This document shows positions 7,739-17,437 of a stretch of 31,588 bases of DNA, one piece after another. Both the position numbers and the translations under genes were made by a program. The notes beneath the pieces are model-generated. The model did not search any database. It worked only from the letters and a program-made list of their open reading frames with translations, and was not told where the DNA came from. Positions within the stretch are counted from its first letter, which is position 1. Each line of letters opens with the position of its first letter. Source of the DNA: Alphaproteobacteria bacterium (GTDB taxonomy: Bacteria; Pseudomonadota; Alphaproteobacteria; UBA2136; JAPPOO01); NCBI GenBank assembly GCA_049297755.1, contig JBAQUW010000197.1, forward strand, positions 1 to 31,588, written 5' to 3'.

Positions 7739-8305
7739 CTATAAATTTAATGCTGTAAACTTTAATTCTTCTGTGACATCGCGTACCCCTGGTATTTCCC
7801 AAACAGAATCCCTGAGATAAAAAATATGACTGTTGGTATGCTGCGTAAAATAAGGATTACAGTCAATGATGATTTGATAAGGTATGAGTGCTGCCTTGTA
7901 AATTGAATAATCATGCAAAAATAACACGCCCGCAATAAAGTCAAAATGGCGCCTGTCAAGATTGCGGAGAGCGCTCAATTGGCGTTCGCTATGGTTATTG
8001 TTAACAAGCAGACGTGATTTGATTTGATAACGAATCCCCTTACTATCCTTAGCATCATATCCAAGTTGGGAATTACCTGTCATTTCCCAACCAAAAGCTT
8101 TACAGAAAAGGTACTCGGCAAAATCTCCAACTGGTTTATTTGCACTACGAATAACTTGGCGTTGACGAAGTTCATGAAGCGTTTGTGCATTAATGCTCAG
8201 CAAATCTGGGATTGAAAGAGCATCAAAATCAATCTTCTTTCTAACAATCCTTTCATCGCCTGCAACAAGGCTATCGCCAATACAAACAAGGGTTTGACAC
8301 GTCAT
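7739..8305 (-). CDS. Hypothetical AT-rich protein, probable PD-(D/E)xK nuclease-fold (DUF6998-like)
   Basis: VGDFAEYL..GYDAKD..RYQIKSR gives an E..D..QxK arrangement. Visibly AT-richer than its neighbours; ATG overlaps the ssb stop (TAATG). Confidence 0.6.
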   Translation of the reverse strand: MTCQTLVCIGDSLVAGDERIVRKKIDFDALSIPDLLSINAQTLHELRQRQVIRSANKPVGDFAEYLFCKAFGWEMTGNSQLGYDAKDSKGIRYQIKSRLLVNNNHSERQLSALRNLDRRHFDFIAGVLFLHDYSIYKAALIPYQIIIDCNPYFTQHTNSHIFYLRDSVWEIPGVRDVTEELKFTALNL

Positions 8306-8781
8306 TAAAACGGAATCTCGTCATCAAACGGCGCGTCATCAGATATTTTTTTCGCGGTGCCCGTATTGGGTTTGGCGGCATAGCTTTCTTGGCGTTGGTC
8401 GCCCGCGTCGTCACGGCCACCACCACCTTGGCTGCTGCCACCACGGCTGCCGAGCGATTGCAACGTGCCGCGCATGCCATCTACCACAATCTCGGTGGTG
8501 TACTTTTCTTGGCCTTCTTTGTCGGTCCACTTGCGGGTTTCTAAGCGGCCTTCAATGTAGGCGCTGTCGCCTTTTTTCATGTATTTTTCAGCAAATTCGG
8601 CAGAAGGCCCCCACACCACCACGCGGTGCCATTCGGTTTTTTCTTGGCGTTCGCCGCTTTTGTCTTTCCACTTATCGGTGGTGGCAAGGTTTAAGTTGGC
8701 CACAGCTTTGCCATCGCCCGTGCGCCGAATCTCAGGGTCACGGCCCAAATTACCCACTAAAATCACTTTATTGACAGACAT
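8305..8781 (-). CDS. ssb: Single-stranded DNA-binding protein
   Basis: SVNKVILVGNLGRDPE, TEWHRVV, EGRLETRKW and the acidic tail DDEIPF. Confidence 0.98.
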   Translation of the reverse strand: MSVNKVILVGNLGRDPEIRRTGDGKAVANLNLATTDKWKDKSGERQEKTEWHRVVVWGPSAEFAEKYMKKGDSAYIEGRLETRKWTDKEGQEKYTTEIVVDGMRGTLQSLGSRGGSSQGGGGRDDAGDQRQESYAAKPNTGTAKKISDDAPFDDEIPF

Positions 8782-8850
8782 TGTCTTCTCTCCCCATTAC
8801 ATTTTGCGCATTATGCAAGGGTTTATTCTGCAACACAAGCCCCCTGCCCC

Positions 8851-8879
8851 TTGACACAGCACGATAAATTGCATACATA
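8851..8879 (+). promoter_or_regulatory. Sigma70-type promoter of orphan membrane gene
   Basis: TTGACA(8851-8856)-17-TACATA(8874-8879); overlaps TTGCATAC (8869-8876). Confidence 0.6.
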
Positions 8880-8945
8880 CACACCACCTTGCCCGTTGGG
8901 CTTGGGAACACTTTGTAACTTCACCCTCTCTTAATGGAGAACATT

Positions 8946-9434
8946 ATGGAACCGAAACCGCCAGGCGCATGGTGGCTGGCCAACCTCTACCCCTTTCTGC
9001 GTATTACTTTGGCGCTGGGCGTGGTAGCTGGCTTGTTTGTCATTGGTGAGCTGCTCACCCTGCACATCACTAACGGCAAGTTCAACGAGTTCAGCGAGTG
9101 GTTTTTCTTCGGCATGCTGAACATTCAGCATTACCCCAGCCTCACGGCAGCCAAGCTGAACCTCATCATCGCTTCGGTCATCTTCGTACCAGGCTTCACA
9201 TGGTTTGCGTGGCGCTATGGTACGGTGGGCTACCTTTTCCGCGAGATGGAGCCAGGTTACAGCCCCATCCGCGATTTTCAGCCCCTGTGGCTGATGGCGC
9301 TCATCATCTGCTCGTTGGTGGTGCTGGGGTGGGATATGTGGAAGCAGAGCACGCTGTTTGCCAAGCAGCCTCTCAAGTTCGAGGTCAGCTGCAAGTTCGA
9401 CGGCAGCTCAGCCATCACTCCCATCAAGCCCTAA
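8946..9434 (+). CDS. Hypothetical membrane protein (about 3 TM)
   Basis: GGAGA SD before ATG 8946, three hydrophobic segments and strongly C/G-ending codons; no recognisable family. Confidence 0.75.
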   Translation: MEPKPPGAWWLANLYPFLRITLALGVVAGLFVIGELLTLHITNGKFNEFSEWFFFGMLNIQHYPSLTAAKLNLIIASVIFVPGFTWFAWRYGTVGYLFREMEPGYSPIRDFQPLWLMALIICSLVVLGWDMWKQSTLFAKQPLKFEVSCKFDGSSAITPIKP

Positions 9435-9446
9435 CCACCCCAAACA

Positions 9447-9480
9447 CCAACGCCCCCAACCACATGGTTGGGGGCGTTGG
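9447..9480. terminator. Perfect 16-bp hairpin between convergent orphan genes
   Basis: CCAACGCCCCCAACCA-CA-TGGTTGGGGGCGTTGG. There is no clear U-tract on either side, so the terminator role is inferred. Confidence 0.55.
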
Positions 9481-9491
9481 CCGTAAGGGGC

Positions 9492-9812
9492 TTAGTTGAG
9501 GCGGGCAGGTTTCTCCAAATTGAGTAGGATCAAATACCCTTCCAGATCCACGCGCTCACCAGTGGTCAGCACAATATCCAGACCGCCATTGGGCTTTGGC
9601 AGAATCTCACCGCCAATGCCTGCAGGTTTTGCTTCAGCCATCAGCTTTTTCTCGGCCTGCAGCTCTGCCAACTGTTCGGGCGATAGGTAAAACTTCACCT
9701 GCCCCACAGCGGCATAATAGCTGTTGCCATCATGGCCAAAGCTATCAACCTCCGCATTCAGCAGCTTTGCCGCCGCAGCAAACAAGTTGCCATTCACTTG
9801 AAAAATGTCCAT
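9492..9812 (-). CDS. Hypothetical protein (106 aa)
   Basis: GGAG SD before ATG, putative promoter TTTACA-17-TATACA upstream and protein-like composition; no recognisable family. Confidence 0.7.
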   Translation of the reverse strand: MDIFQVNGNLFAAAAKLLNAEVDSFGHDGNSYYAAVGQVKFYLSPEQLAELQAEKKLMAEAKPAGIGGEILPKPNGGLDIVLTTGERVDLEGYLILLNLEKPARLN

Positions 9813-9952
9813 GGATATTCTCCAGATGTGTTTCTAGTTATACCGTATGTATACCAAACAGAACCGGCCCTGTAAACCCATTTTAGCAAAAGGTTTATTA
9901 TTGTTACACTTTTCTGTTGCGCATCGTACATCTTCACGCTATAACCATGTCC

Positions 9953-12829
9953 ATGACGCAAAAATCCACCAAAATTGACGCCACCACCCACATTCGCATC
10001 CACGGCGCCCGCGAACATAACCTGAAAAACATTTCCCTCGATATCCCCAAAAAAACGCTCACCGTCATTACGGGCGTATCAGGTAGCGGCAAGAGCAGCC
10101 TCGCCTTCGATACCATTTATGCCGAAGGCCAACGCCGTTATGTGGAAAGTTTATCGGCCTACGCCCGCCAATTTTTGAACATGACCACCAAGCCCGATGT
10201 CGACCGCATTGAAGGCCTCGCCCCCGCCATCGCCATTGAGCAAAAAACCACCCACAAAAACCCGCGCAGTACCGTGGGCACGGTGACCGAAATTTACGAC
10301 TACCTGCGCCTGATGTACGCCAACGCAGGCACGCCCTACTGCCCCAACCACCCCAATACACCCATTACGGGCTTGGCCGTACAGCAAATGGTGGCGCATA
10401 TTTATGCGGAATGGCCTGAAGGCACGCGTCTGATGATTCTAGCCCCCGTGGTGCGTGGCCGCAAAGGCGAATATAAAAAGGATATTCAAGCGTGGCAGCA
10501 GCAGGGCTTTACCCGCGTGAAAATCAACGGGCAGGTTTATGCTATAGAAGACGCGCCCACGCTGGATAAAAAGCTGAAGCACGATGTGGCCGTGGCCGTA
10601 GATAGGCTGGTGCTGAAGGACGACAACCGCAGCCGCATGGCCGAAAGTTTGGAAAACGCCCTCAAGCTGGCCGACGGCTTAGTGGAGATTGAGGCTTTGG
10701 CGCAAGATGGCGACAAAGCGCCCGCCCCCCTGCTGTTCTCGGAAAAACACGCCTGCCCCAAATGCGGCACGGGGTATACGCCCGAGCCGCGCCTGTTCAG
10801 CTTCAACAGCCCGTTTGGTGCCTGCCAAGGGTGCGACGGTCTGGGCGAGCAAATCCGCTTCGACCCCACCCTGATTGTGCCCGACGACCGCCTCACCCTC
10901 AACCAAGGTGCCCTCCACCCGTGGAAAGGCCAACGCACGGGCGAATACTACCTGAAAGCCTTGGGCAAACATTACGGCCTGAGCTTGGATACCCCATGGC
11001 ACAAACTGCCCGAAACCACCCGCGATATGTTGCTGCATGGCAGCGGTGACGAGGAAATTGAGTTTATGTTCGATGGTGGCAAAGCCACTTACAAAACTAA
11101 AAAAACTTACGATGGCATTGTCAACATTCTCCAACGCCGCTGGGACGACAGCAAAAGCCCGTATGATAGAGACGACCTGAACCGCTACCGCAGCGGCCAC
11201 CCCTGCCCCGACTGCGGCGGTGCTCGCCTGAACAACAACGCCCTGTCCGTACGCGTCAATGGCCATAACATTCAATACTTTTGCGCCCTCAGCATTGACG
11301 ATGCGCTGGAAGAAATCCGCGCCATTGGCCAAAACCTAAAAGGTGCCTCGGCCCAAATTGCCGCCCCCATTGTGCGAGAAGTGGAGGCACGCTTGGGCTT
11401 TTTGGCCCATGTGGGCTTGGGTTATCTGTCGCTTTCGCGCACCAGCGGCACGCTCTCTGGCGGCGAAAGCCAGCGTATTCGCCTCGCCTCGCAAATTGGC
11501 AGCGGCCTTACGGGGGTGCTGTATGTGCTGGATGAACCCAGCATTGGCCTGCACCAGCGCGATAACCAACGCCTGCTGGAAACCCTCCACAAACTGCGCG
11601 ATTTAGACAACACCGTGATTGTGGTGGAGCACGATGAAGACGCCATTCGCCAAGCCGACCATTTGATAGACATTGGCCCAGGTGCTGGCGAACACGGCGG
11701 CCACGTCATCGCCCAAGGCACCGCCGAAACGGTGGCTTTGGTGCCAGAAAGCATTACAGGGCAGTTCCTCACAGGCAAGCGCGGCATCAAAGTGCCCAGC
11801 CAGCGCCGCAAAGCAGGCACCGCGGCCCTCACCATTCATGGCGCCCGCGGCAACAACCTGAAAGGCGTCGACGCCAGCTTCCCCGTCGGCATCATGACCT
11901 GCGTCACGGGTGTCAGCGGCAGCGGTAAATCCACCTTGGTGATGGATACCCTCCACAACGCCCTCGATGCCCGCTTGAACAACGGCAAAGAACCCATTGC
12001 CGCGCACGACACCATCAGCGGATTAGAGCATTTTGATAAGCTGGTGAACATCGACCAATCGCCCATTGGCCGCACCCCGCGCAGCAACCCCGCCACTTAT
12101 ACGGGCCTGTACGGCTCCATTCGCGATTGGTTCACCGAACTGCCTGAATCGCAAGCCCGAGGCTACAAAGCAGGCCGCTTTAGCTTTAACGTGAAGGGCG
12201 GCCGCTGCGAAGCCTGCGAGGGCGACGGCGTGATAACCGTAGAAATGCACTTTTTGCCCGATGTGTATGTACCGTGCGAAGTCTGCAAAGGCCAACGCTT
12301 TAATAACGAAACCCTGCAAGTGCGCTATAAAGGCAAAAACATTGCCGACGTGTTGAACATGCCCGTGGAAGAAGCCTGCGCCTTTTTCGAGAGCATGCCC
12401 CCCATTCGCCGCCGCCTGCAAACCATGATGGACGTGGGGCTTTCTTATATTCGCCTCGGCCAGCCCGCCACCCAACTTTCGGGCGGCGAAGCACAGCGCA
12501 TCAAATTGGCCAAGGAACTCGCCAAAATTGCCAGTGGTAAAACCTTGTATATCCTCGACGAACCCACCACCGGCCTGCACTTTGCCGATATTGAGCAACT
12601 GCTCAAAGTGCTGCACAAATTGGTGGACGCGGGCAACACCATGGTGGTCATTGAGCACAACCTCGACGTCATCAAAACCGCCGACTACCTCATCGACATT
12701 GGCCCTGAAGGCGGCAGTGGCGGTGGCGAAGTGATTGCCACGGGCACCCCCGAACAGGTGGCACAAAACCCCGCCAGCCACACGGCCAAATTCCTCAAAC
12801 CCCTGCTGAAAAACAAAAAGGCCGCCTAA
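9953..12829 (+). CDS. uvrA: Excinuclease ABC subunit A
   Basis: [10 protein letters not shown], two Walker A motifs ([18 protein letters not shown]), [20 protein letters not shown] and CxxC zinc fingers. Start at ATG 9953 (or 9947). Confidence 0.98.
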   Translation: MTQKSTKIDATTHIRIHGAREHNLKNISLDIPKKTLTVITGVSGSGKSSLAFDTIYAEGQRRYVESLSAYARQFLNMTTKPDVDRIEGLAPAIAIEQKTTHKNPRSTVGTVTEIYDYLRLMYANAGTPYCPNHPNTPITGLAVQQMVAHIYAEWPEGTRLMILAPVVRGRKGEYKKDIQAWQQQGFTRVKINGQVYAIEDAPTLDKKLKHDVAVAVDRLVLKDDNRSRMAESLENALKLADGLVEIEALAQDGDKAPAPLLFSEKHACPKCGTGYTPEPRLFSFNSPFGACQGCDGLGEQIRFDPTLIVPDDRLTLNQGALHPWKGQRTGEYYLKALGKHYGLSLDTPWHKLPETTRDMLLHGSGDEEIEFMFDGGKATYKTKKTYDGIVNILQRRWDDSKSPYDRDDLNRYRSGHPCPDCGGARLNNNALSVRVNGHNIQYFCALSIDDALEEIRAIGQNLKGASAQIAAPIVREVEARLGFLAHVGLGYLSLSRTSGTLSGGESQRIRLASQIGSGLTGVLYVLDEPSIGLHQRDNQRLLETLHKLRDLDNTVIVVEHDEDAIRQADHLIDIGPGAGEHGGHVIAQGTAETVALVPESITGQFLTGKRGIKVPSQRRKAGTAALTIHGARGNNLKGVDASFPVGIMTCVTGVSGSGKSTLVMDTLHNALDARLNNGKEPIAAHDTISGLEHFDKLVNIDQSPIGRTPRSNPATYTGLYGSIRDWFTELPESQARGYKAGRFSFNVKGGRCEACEGDGVITVEMHFLPDVYVPCEVCKGQRFNNETLQVRYKGKNIADVLNMPVEEACAFFESMPPIRRRLQTMMDVGLSYIRLGQPATQLSGGEAQRIKLAKELAKIASGKTLYILDEPTTGLHFADIEQLLKVLHKLVDAGNTMVVIEHNLDVIKTADYLIDIGPEGGSGGGEVIATGTPEQVAQNPASHTAKFLKPLLKNKKAA

Positions 12830-12840
12830 GCGGCCTTTTT
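12815..12840. terminator. Bidirectional terminator overlapping the uvrA stop
   Basis: AAAAAGGCCGC-CTAA-GCGGCCTTTTT. Confidence 0.8.
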
Positions 12841-12856
12841 ATAAGCAAACAAAGCC

Positions 12857-13324
12857 CTACTCCACCACCTCAGGCACACTGTTCAGCTCCGTGCCCAAGT
12901 GCAGGGCGCGGCCATCAAAGCACAAATAACGCAAGGTTTTGGCGCCATCGGGGCTTTTGGCCACGCCAATTTGTTGGTGGTGGCCAATGCCGGGGCAGTC
13001 GCGCTTTTCCGTGCCCCAGTTGAGTAACGCAATGTCGTTGAAAATTTTCTGCTGGCTGGCCTTTAAGTTGTTCACTTCCAAATTTTGCGTGGTTTGCAAG
13101 CTGTCCGAAAGCATTTCCACCTGCTTTTTTAAAGCATCTTGTTCCAGCGCCATATCACCAATCACGCGCCGATTCTCATCAATCTGCTTCAGCAACCGGT
13201 CATTTTCTTGCTGCACGCGTTGAATCAATTGGTCATAGCGTTGCAAATACTGCTCGGTTTCGCGGTCAAGCGCAAAGGCTTGGGTGGCAAACATCATCAG
13301 TGCGGCGGCAAGGAGTTTTTTCAT
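12857..13324 (-). CDS. Hypothetical exported coiled-coil protein
   Basis: Signal peptide MKKLLAAALMMFATQAFA, long Q/E/L coiled-coil and a small C-terminal domain with two Cys; starts 1 nt after the sodB stop. Confidence 0.75.
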   Translation of the reverse strand: MKKLLAAALMMFATQAFALDRETEQYLQRYDQLIQRVQQENDRLLKQIDENRRVIGDMALEQDALKKQVEMLSDSLQTTQNLEVNNLKASQQKIFNDIALLNWGTEKRDCPGIGHHQQIGVAKSPDGAKTLRYLCFDGRALHLGTELNSVPEVVE

Positions 13325-13325
13325 G

Positions 13326-13943
13326 TTACGCGCTCAGTCCTTTTTTGCTTGCAGTTTCAAACAGGTGCGCCACATAGTCCCAGTTCACCATGTTGTCCAT
13401 AAAGGCTTCAAGGTATTTTTGGCGGGCGTTGCGGTAGTCAATATAATAGCTGTGCTCCCACACATCGCAACCCAAAAGTGGGGTAGCGCCATGCATCAAG
13501 GGGTTTTCACCATTGGGGGTTTTCATCACTTCCAGCTTGCCATTTTTCAAGGCCAGCCAGCACCAGCCACTGCCAAACTGCGTCATACCCGCTTGGATAA
13601 AACTGGCCCGAAACGCATCAAACCCACCCAACTCTTGCTCCACCTTGCTGGCCAACGCGGCAGGCAGTTTGTTGCCGCCGCCGTTGGGTTTCAGCCACTG
13701 CCAAAAATGCAGGTGGTTAAAATGCTGGCCCGCGTTGTTGAACAACGGCGCATTTTTGCCAAAGCTGGCGTGCATCAAGTCTTCCACACTTTTGCCGCTT
13801 AACCCTGCTTCTTCGGCCAATTTATTGCCTTGGGTCACATAGGCCATGTGGTGCTTATCGTGGTGGTATTCCAAGGTTTCGCGGCTCATATACGGCTGCA
13901 ACGCTTCGTAGGCATAGGGCAATGGGGGCAGTTCTAGGGTCAT
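13326..13943 (-). CDS. sodB: Superoxide dismutase, Fe/Mn family (Fe-type signature)
   Basis: ELPPLPYAYEALQPY, HHDKHH, FNNAGQHFNH, FGSGW and DVWEHSYY; SD AAGGA before ATG 13943. Confidence 0.95.
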   Translation of the reverse strand: MTLELPPLPYAYEALQPYMSRETLEYHHDKHHMAYVTQGNKLAEEAGLSGKSVEDLMHASFGKNAPLFNNAGQHFNHLHFWQWLKPNGGGNKLPAALASKVEQELGGFDAFRASFIQAGMTQFGSGWCWLALKNGKLEVMKTPNGENPLMHGATPLLGCDVWEHSYYIDYRNARQKYLEAFMDNMVNWDYVAHLFETASKKGLSA

Positions 13944-13981
13944 GGAATTGTCCTTTATTTTAAGAAAAGCATAACGCAAGT

Positions 13982-14917
13982 TTAAGCCGTTGTCTTGCCT
14001 TCCTTTTCGCGTTCGGCAGCCATGCGTTGGTAATAGTTTTCCATCAGCAACACCGTGGGGCACGCCACAAAAATGCTGGAATAGGTGCCCAGCACCACGC
14101 CCAGCAACAGCGTAAACGCAAAGCCTTCCAAGGTTTCGCCACCCCAAATGTACATCACCAGCAGCACCACCAAGGTGGTCATACCTGTCATGAGCGTGCG
14201 GCTCAGCGTGCGGTTCAGGCTTTCGTTCATCACATTCAACAAAGGCGCTTTTTTCTGCTTGCGGCGGTCTTCACGCAAAAAGTCAAAAATCACAATCGTA
14301 TCGTTGAGCGAGTACCCAATAATGGTCAAAATCGCGGCCAAAACCGTCATATTCACCTCCATCTGTAAGAGAGAAATGACGCCCACCGTCAAAGTTACAT
14401 CATGGAACAGCGACACCAACGCCCCCACGCCATAGCGCATTTCAAACCGCGCGCTCACATATATCATAATGGCCAGCAATGCCAAAGCCACGGCCAGCAC
14501 GCCATCGCGGCGCAGTTCTTCGCCAATTTGCGGGCCCACATATTCCACGCGGCGCACCACCACTTCGCCCGCCACAGGCGCCATTAAGTTTTTGATTTGG
14601 TTCGATTTTTCTTGCAATTCACTGCCACTTTCGGCGGGCATCCGCACAATCACTTCGTTCTCGTTGCCATAGGCTTGCAGGGTCACACTTGCCAACCCGC
14701 CAGCGCTCAGGGCTTGGCGCAATTGCCCAATATCGGCCTTTGCGGGCGTTTGAATTTGCACCAACGCGCCGCCTGCAAAATCTACCCCAAGGTTTAAACC
14801 TTTGGTGGCCAGCAACCCACCTGTGATAAAAATGCTGATGACGCTGAATGCAATTGCATACCATCTAAACCCCATAAAATTGAGGTTGAGTGTGTTCGAA
14901 ATCAGTTGCAGTGCCAT
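13982..14917 (-). CDS. secF: Protein translocase subunit SecF
   Basis: GLNLGVDFAGG, VGPQIGEEL, LFHDV, GYSLNDTIVIFD, TLSRT and GTYSSIFVA. Confidence 0.96.
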   Translation of the reverse strand: MALQLISNTLNLNFMGFRWYAIAFSVISIFITGGLLATKGLNLGVDFAGGALVQIQTPAKADIGQLRQALSAGGLASVTLQAYGNENEVIVRMPAESGSELQEKSNQIKNLMAPVAGEVVVRRVEYVGPQIGEELRRDGVLAVALALLAIMIYVSARFEMRYGVGALVSLFHDVTLTVGVISLLQMEVNMTVLAAILTIIGYSLNDTIVIFDFLREDRRKQKKAPLLNVMNESLNRTLSRTLMTGMTTLVVLLVMYIWGGETLEGFAFTLLLGVVLGTYSSIFVACPTVLLMENYYQRMAAEREKEGKTTA

Positions 14918-14919
14918 GT

Positions 14920-15453
14920 TTATTTTCCCTCTCTGATGCTGGTCAGCCACGCATTAAACCCATTAAAAAACAAATAGTTATTTTGCAAGTACATTTCCGT
15001 TCCGCTTTTGTGCATGCGGTAGTGTTCTAGCAGCGCGTCACTCTCTGATAATTCTAATATTTTCAATGACTTCACCGCAAGTGGCGTGCTGGTCAGGCCG
15101 TCCCATTCTGGCACGGGGAAGCCCCGCACGGCCAGCGGCGCATCCCATGTGGGGTCGGCCACCACCCAGTTGCCATGTTCAGGCACCAAAACTTCCGTAA
15201 ACTGATGAATCTCCACACCTTTTTCATCGTGATACTCGGCCATAATCGGGCGCGGAATAATCCGCTCGTCCCACTTAAACACACATAGGCGCTGGCGCGT
15301 TTGCAAGCCCAAACCTGCCAATATTCCTGAAAATTTTTCAGATTTTCCTGAACAAGAACAATTATTTACATAAGCTTCTTCAAGTGTTACAGGAACACGG
15401 TAAGGTATGGCCTGAATGGTGCGGAAGGCGGCGATGCGTTGGGGCAAACTCAT
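14920..15453 (-). CDS. Hypothetical protein, transglutaminase-like (Cys-His-Asp) fold
   Basis: IPYR..CSCSGK..HQF..WVVADPTWD places C, H and D in transglutaminase-like order; sits between secD and secF with 3-nt and 2-nt gaps. Confidence 0.6.
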   Translation of the reverse strand: MSLPQRIAAFRTIQAIPYRVPVTLEEAYVNNCSCSGKSEKFSGILAGLGLQTRQRLCVFKWDERIIPRPIMAEYHDEKGVEIHQFTEVLVPEHGNWVVADPTWDAPLAVRGFPVPEWDGLTSTPLAVKSLKILELSESDALLEHYRMHKSGTEMYLQNNYLFFNGFNAWLTSIREGK

Positions 15454-15456
15454 CAA

Positions 15457-17025
15457 TTACACCTTTAAAATCTTAGGTTTAGCCAGCTGCATCCACGCTT
15501 GCATTTGCCAGCGGGTGAGGAGAATGGCGGTGAACATGGAGGCGGCAATCCCAATGGTGAGCGTAACAGCAAAGCCTTTCACAGGGCCAGTTCCCAATAA
15601 AAACAAAATGATAGCGGCAACCAACGTGGTCAAGTTCGCGTCCCAAATGGTGGCCAAGGCGCCTTCAAAGCCTTTGGTGAGGGCGGCGTAGGCTTTGGCA
15701 CCTTTGGCAGTTTCTTCACGAATACGTTCAAAAATCAACACGTTAGCGTCCACCGCCATCCCAATCGTCAGTACAATACCGGCAATACCCGGTAGCGTCA
15801 GGGTAAAGCCCAAACCCGTCATCACCGCCAACAAAATGGTGAGGTTGAAGATGAGCGCCACATCGGCCATTACGCCAAACACGCCATAGAAAATCACCAT
15901 AAAAACAAACACTAAGCCTAAACCTACCACGCAGGTCATCATGCCTGCGCTGATGCTATCAGCCCCTAGGCTTGGGCCAATGGTGCGCTCTTCCACCACC
16001 GTCACAGGCGCTGGCAAGGCGCCAGCGTTGAGCAAGGTCGCCAAATCTTGGCTTTCTTGCACATTAAAGTTACCGCTAATTTGCGCGCGGCCGCCCAGTA
16101 TGGCCTCACGGAAGACGGGGGCAGACAGCACCGTGCCATCGAGCACAATGGCAAAGCGGCGGCCCACATTTTCGGTACTCAACTGGCCAAAAATGCGCGT
16201 GCCTTTGCTATCAAACGCAATATCCACGGCAGGTTGATTCATTTGGTCGAAGCTGGCGCCCGCGCGCGTCAGGTTTTCGCCCGTGAGGGCTGGGCGTTTC
16301 ACCACCACAATGGGATAATTCACGCCGCCAGTACCCTCCTCCTCCATCACCATATGCCCAGCAGGCAAGGCTAAAGGATTGCTAGGGTCAGCGCTGCCGT
16401 TCACCAAGTGGAAGGTGAGTTGGGCGGTTTTACCAATGGCATTTTTGGCGCGCTCCACATCGTCAATACCAGGCAATTCCACAATCACACGGTCGCTGCC
16501 TTGGCGCTGAATCAGCGGCTCGGCCACGCCAAAGGCATCCACCCTTGTCCGCAGCACTTCCACGGTTTGGCGCACGGCGGTATCGGCCAATTGGTTTTGT
16601 TCGGTTTCAGTCAGCACCACCATAGTTTGGCCCATGGTTTGCCCTGCCACCTCGGTCAGCATCAGGCCGCCAATGGCGTTGATGGCCGCGCGCGCGGCAT
16701 CCAGTTGCGCCGCATCGCGCAGTGTGAGCAACACGCCGTTTGGCTGCGCCCGCAGGGCGGTGTAACCCACATTGGCCTCGCGCAATTGGCGACGCAGGGC
16801 ATCTTCGGCATTTTCATACGCACGGGCCACCACGGCGGCGGTATCCACCTGCAACACCAAGTGGCTGCCCCCTTGCAGGTCTAGCCCTAAATTGAGGGTG
16901 TCTTGCGGCATAAAGCTTGGCAACGCGGCACGCCATTCGTCAGTCAACACATTCGGCAGGCTGGAAGCTATGCTCCAACCCAATACCGCCACCACCGCCA
17001 GTTTGCTGAAGAAACCCAGTTGCAT
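15457..17025 (-). CDS. secD: Protein translocase subunit SecD
   Basis: LNLGLDLQGG, RVDAFGVAEP, GALPAP, IGPSLG and LTLPGIAGIVLTIGMAVDANVLIFERIREE. Confidence 0.97.
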   Translation of the reverse strand: MQLGFFSKLAVVAVLGWSIASSLPNVLTDEWRAALPSFMPQDTLNLGLDLQGGSHLVLQVDTAAVVARAYENAEDALRRQLREANVGYTALRAQPNGVLLTLRDAAQLDAARAAINAIGGLMLTEVAGQTMGQTMVVLTETEQNQLADTAVRQTVEVLRTRVDAFGVAEPLIQRQGSDRVIVELPGIDDVERAKNAIGKTAQLTFHLVNGSADPSNPLALPAGHMVMEEEGTGGVNYPIVVVKRPALTGENLTRAGASFDQMNQPAVDIAFDSKGTRIFGQLSTENVGRRFAIVLDGTVLSAPVFREAILGGRAQISGNFNVQESQDLATLLNAGALPAPVTVVEERTIGPSLGADSISAGMMTCVVGLGLVFVFMVIFYGVFGVMADVALIFNLTILLAVMTGLGFTLTLPGIAGIVLTIGMAVDANVLIFERIREETAKGAKAYAALTKGFEGALATIWDANLTTLVAAIILFLLGTGPVKGFAVTLTIGIAASMFTAILLTRWQMQAWMQLAKPKILKV

Positions 17026-17027
17026 GA

Positions 17028-17366
17028 CTAGTCCTTTTTCTTACCTTCTGCCCGCACCACCACTTTGGCCACGCTGGTTTTTTCCAGAGTTGCCACTGTG
17101 CCTTCGGCCAGTTGCACGTCAATAGTTGCATCATCATGCACTTTATGCACCGTGGCGTGGAAGCCACCCGCGGTGATAATTTTATCGCCGCGTTTGATGG
17201 CCTTCAGCATCTCGGCATGTTCTTGCGCGCGTTTGTTTTGAGGGCGCAATACCAAAAAGTAAAACACCGCAAACACCAAAACAAGTGGCAGCCACGCCAT
17301 AGCTTGAGCCATGGCAGGGTTGCTGGCCGTGGCAGCGGTTTGAGCAAAAGCGGTAGAAATCAGCAT
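17028..17366 (-). CDS. yajC: Preprotein translocase subunit YajC
   Basis: FYFLVLRPQNKR..GDKIITAGG motif; AAGGAG SD; directly upstream of secD. Confidence 0.95.
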   Translation of the reverse strand: MLISTAFAQTAATASNPAMAQAMAWLPLVLVFAVFYFLVLRPQNKRAQEHAEMLKAIKRGDKIITAGGFHATVHKVHDDATIDVQLAEGTVATLEKTSVAKVVVRAEGKKKD

Positions 17367-17437
17367 GGAGTTACTCCTTTATATAAATGATTGACGCAAA
17401 ACTAGCAGTCTTTACTAAAGTTGTCTATGATGCCCGC

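Noticed and set aside
8934..9812. Integron gene cassettes as the explanation for the orphan genes
   Set aside because: The genes are convergent with their own promoters, and there are no attC-like RYYYAAC..GTTRRRY structures and no integrase.
8782..9952. LexA (GTTC-N7-GTTC) or CtrA (TTAA-N7-TTAA) boxes
   Set aside because: No correctly spaced pair was found by eye upstream of ssb or uvrA.
10068..12781. Multiple minus-strand ORFs up to 252 aa
   Set aside because: They lie entirely antisense to uvrA, which is unambiguous.
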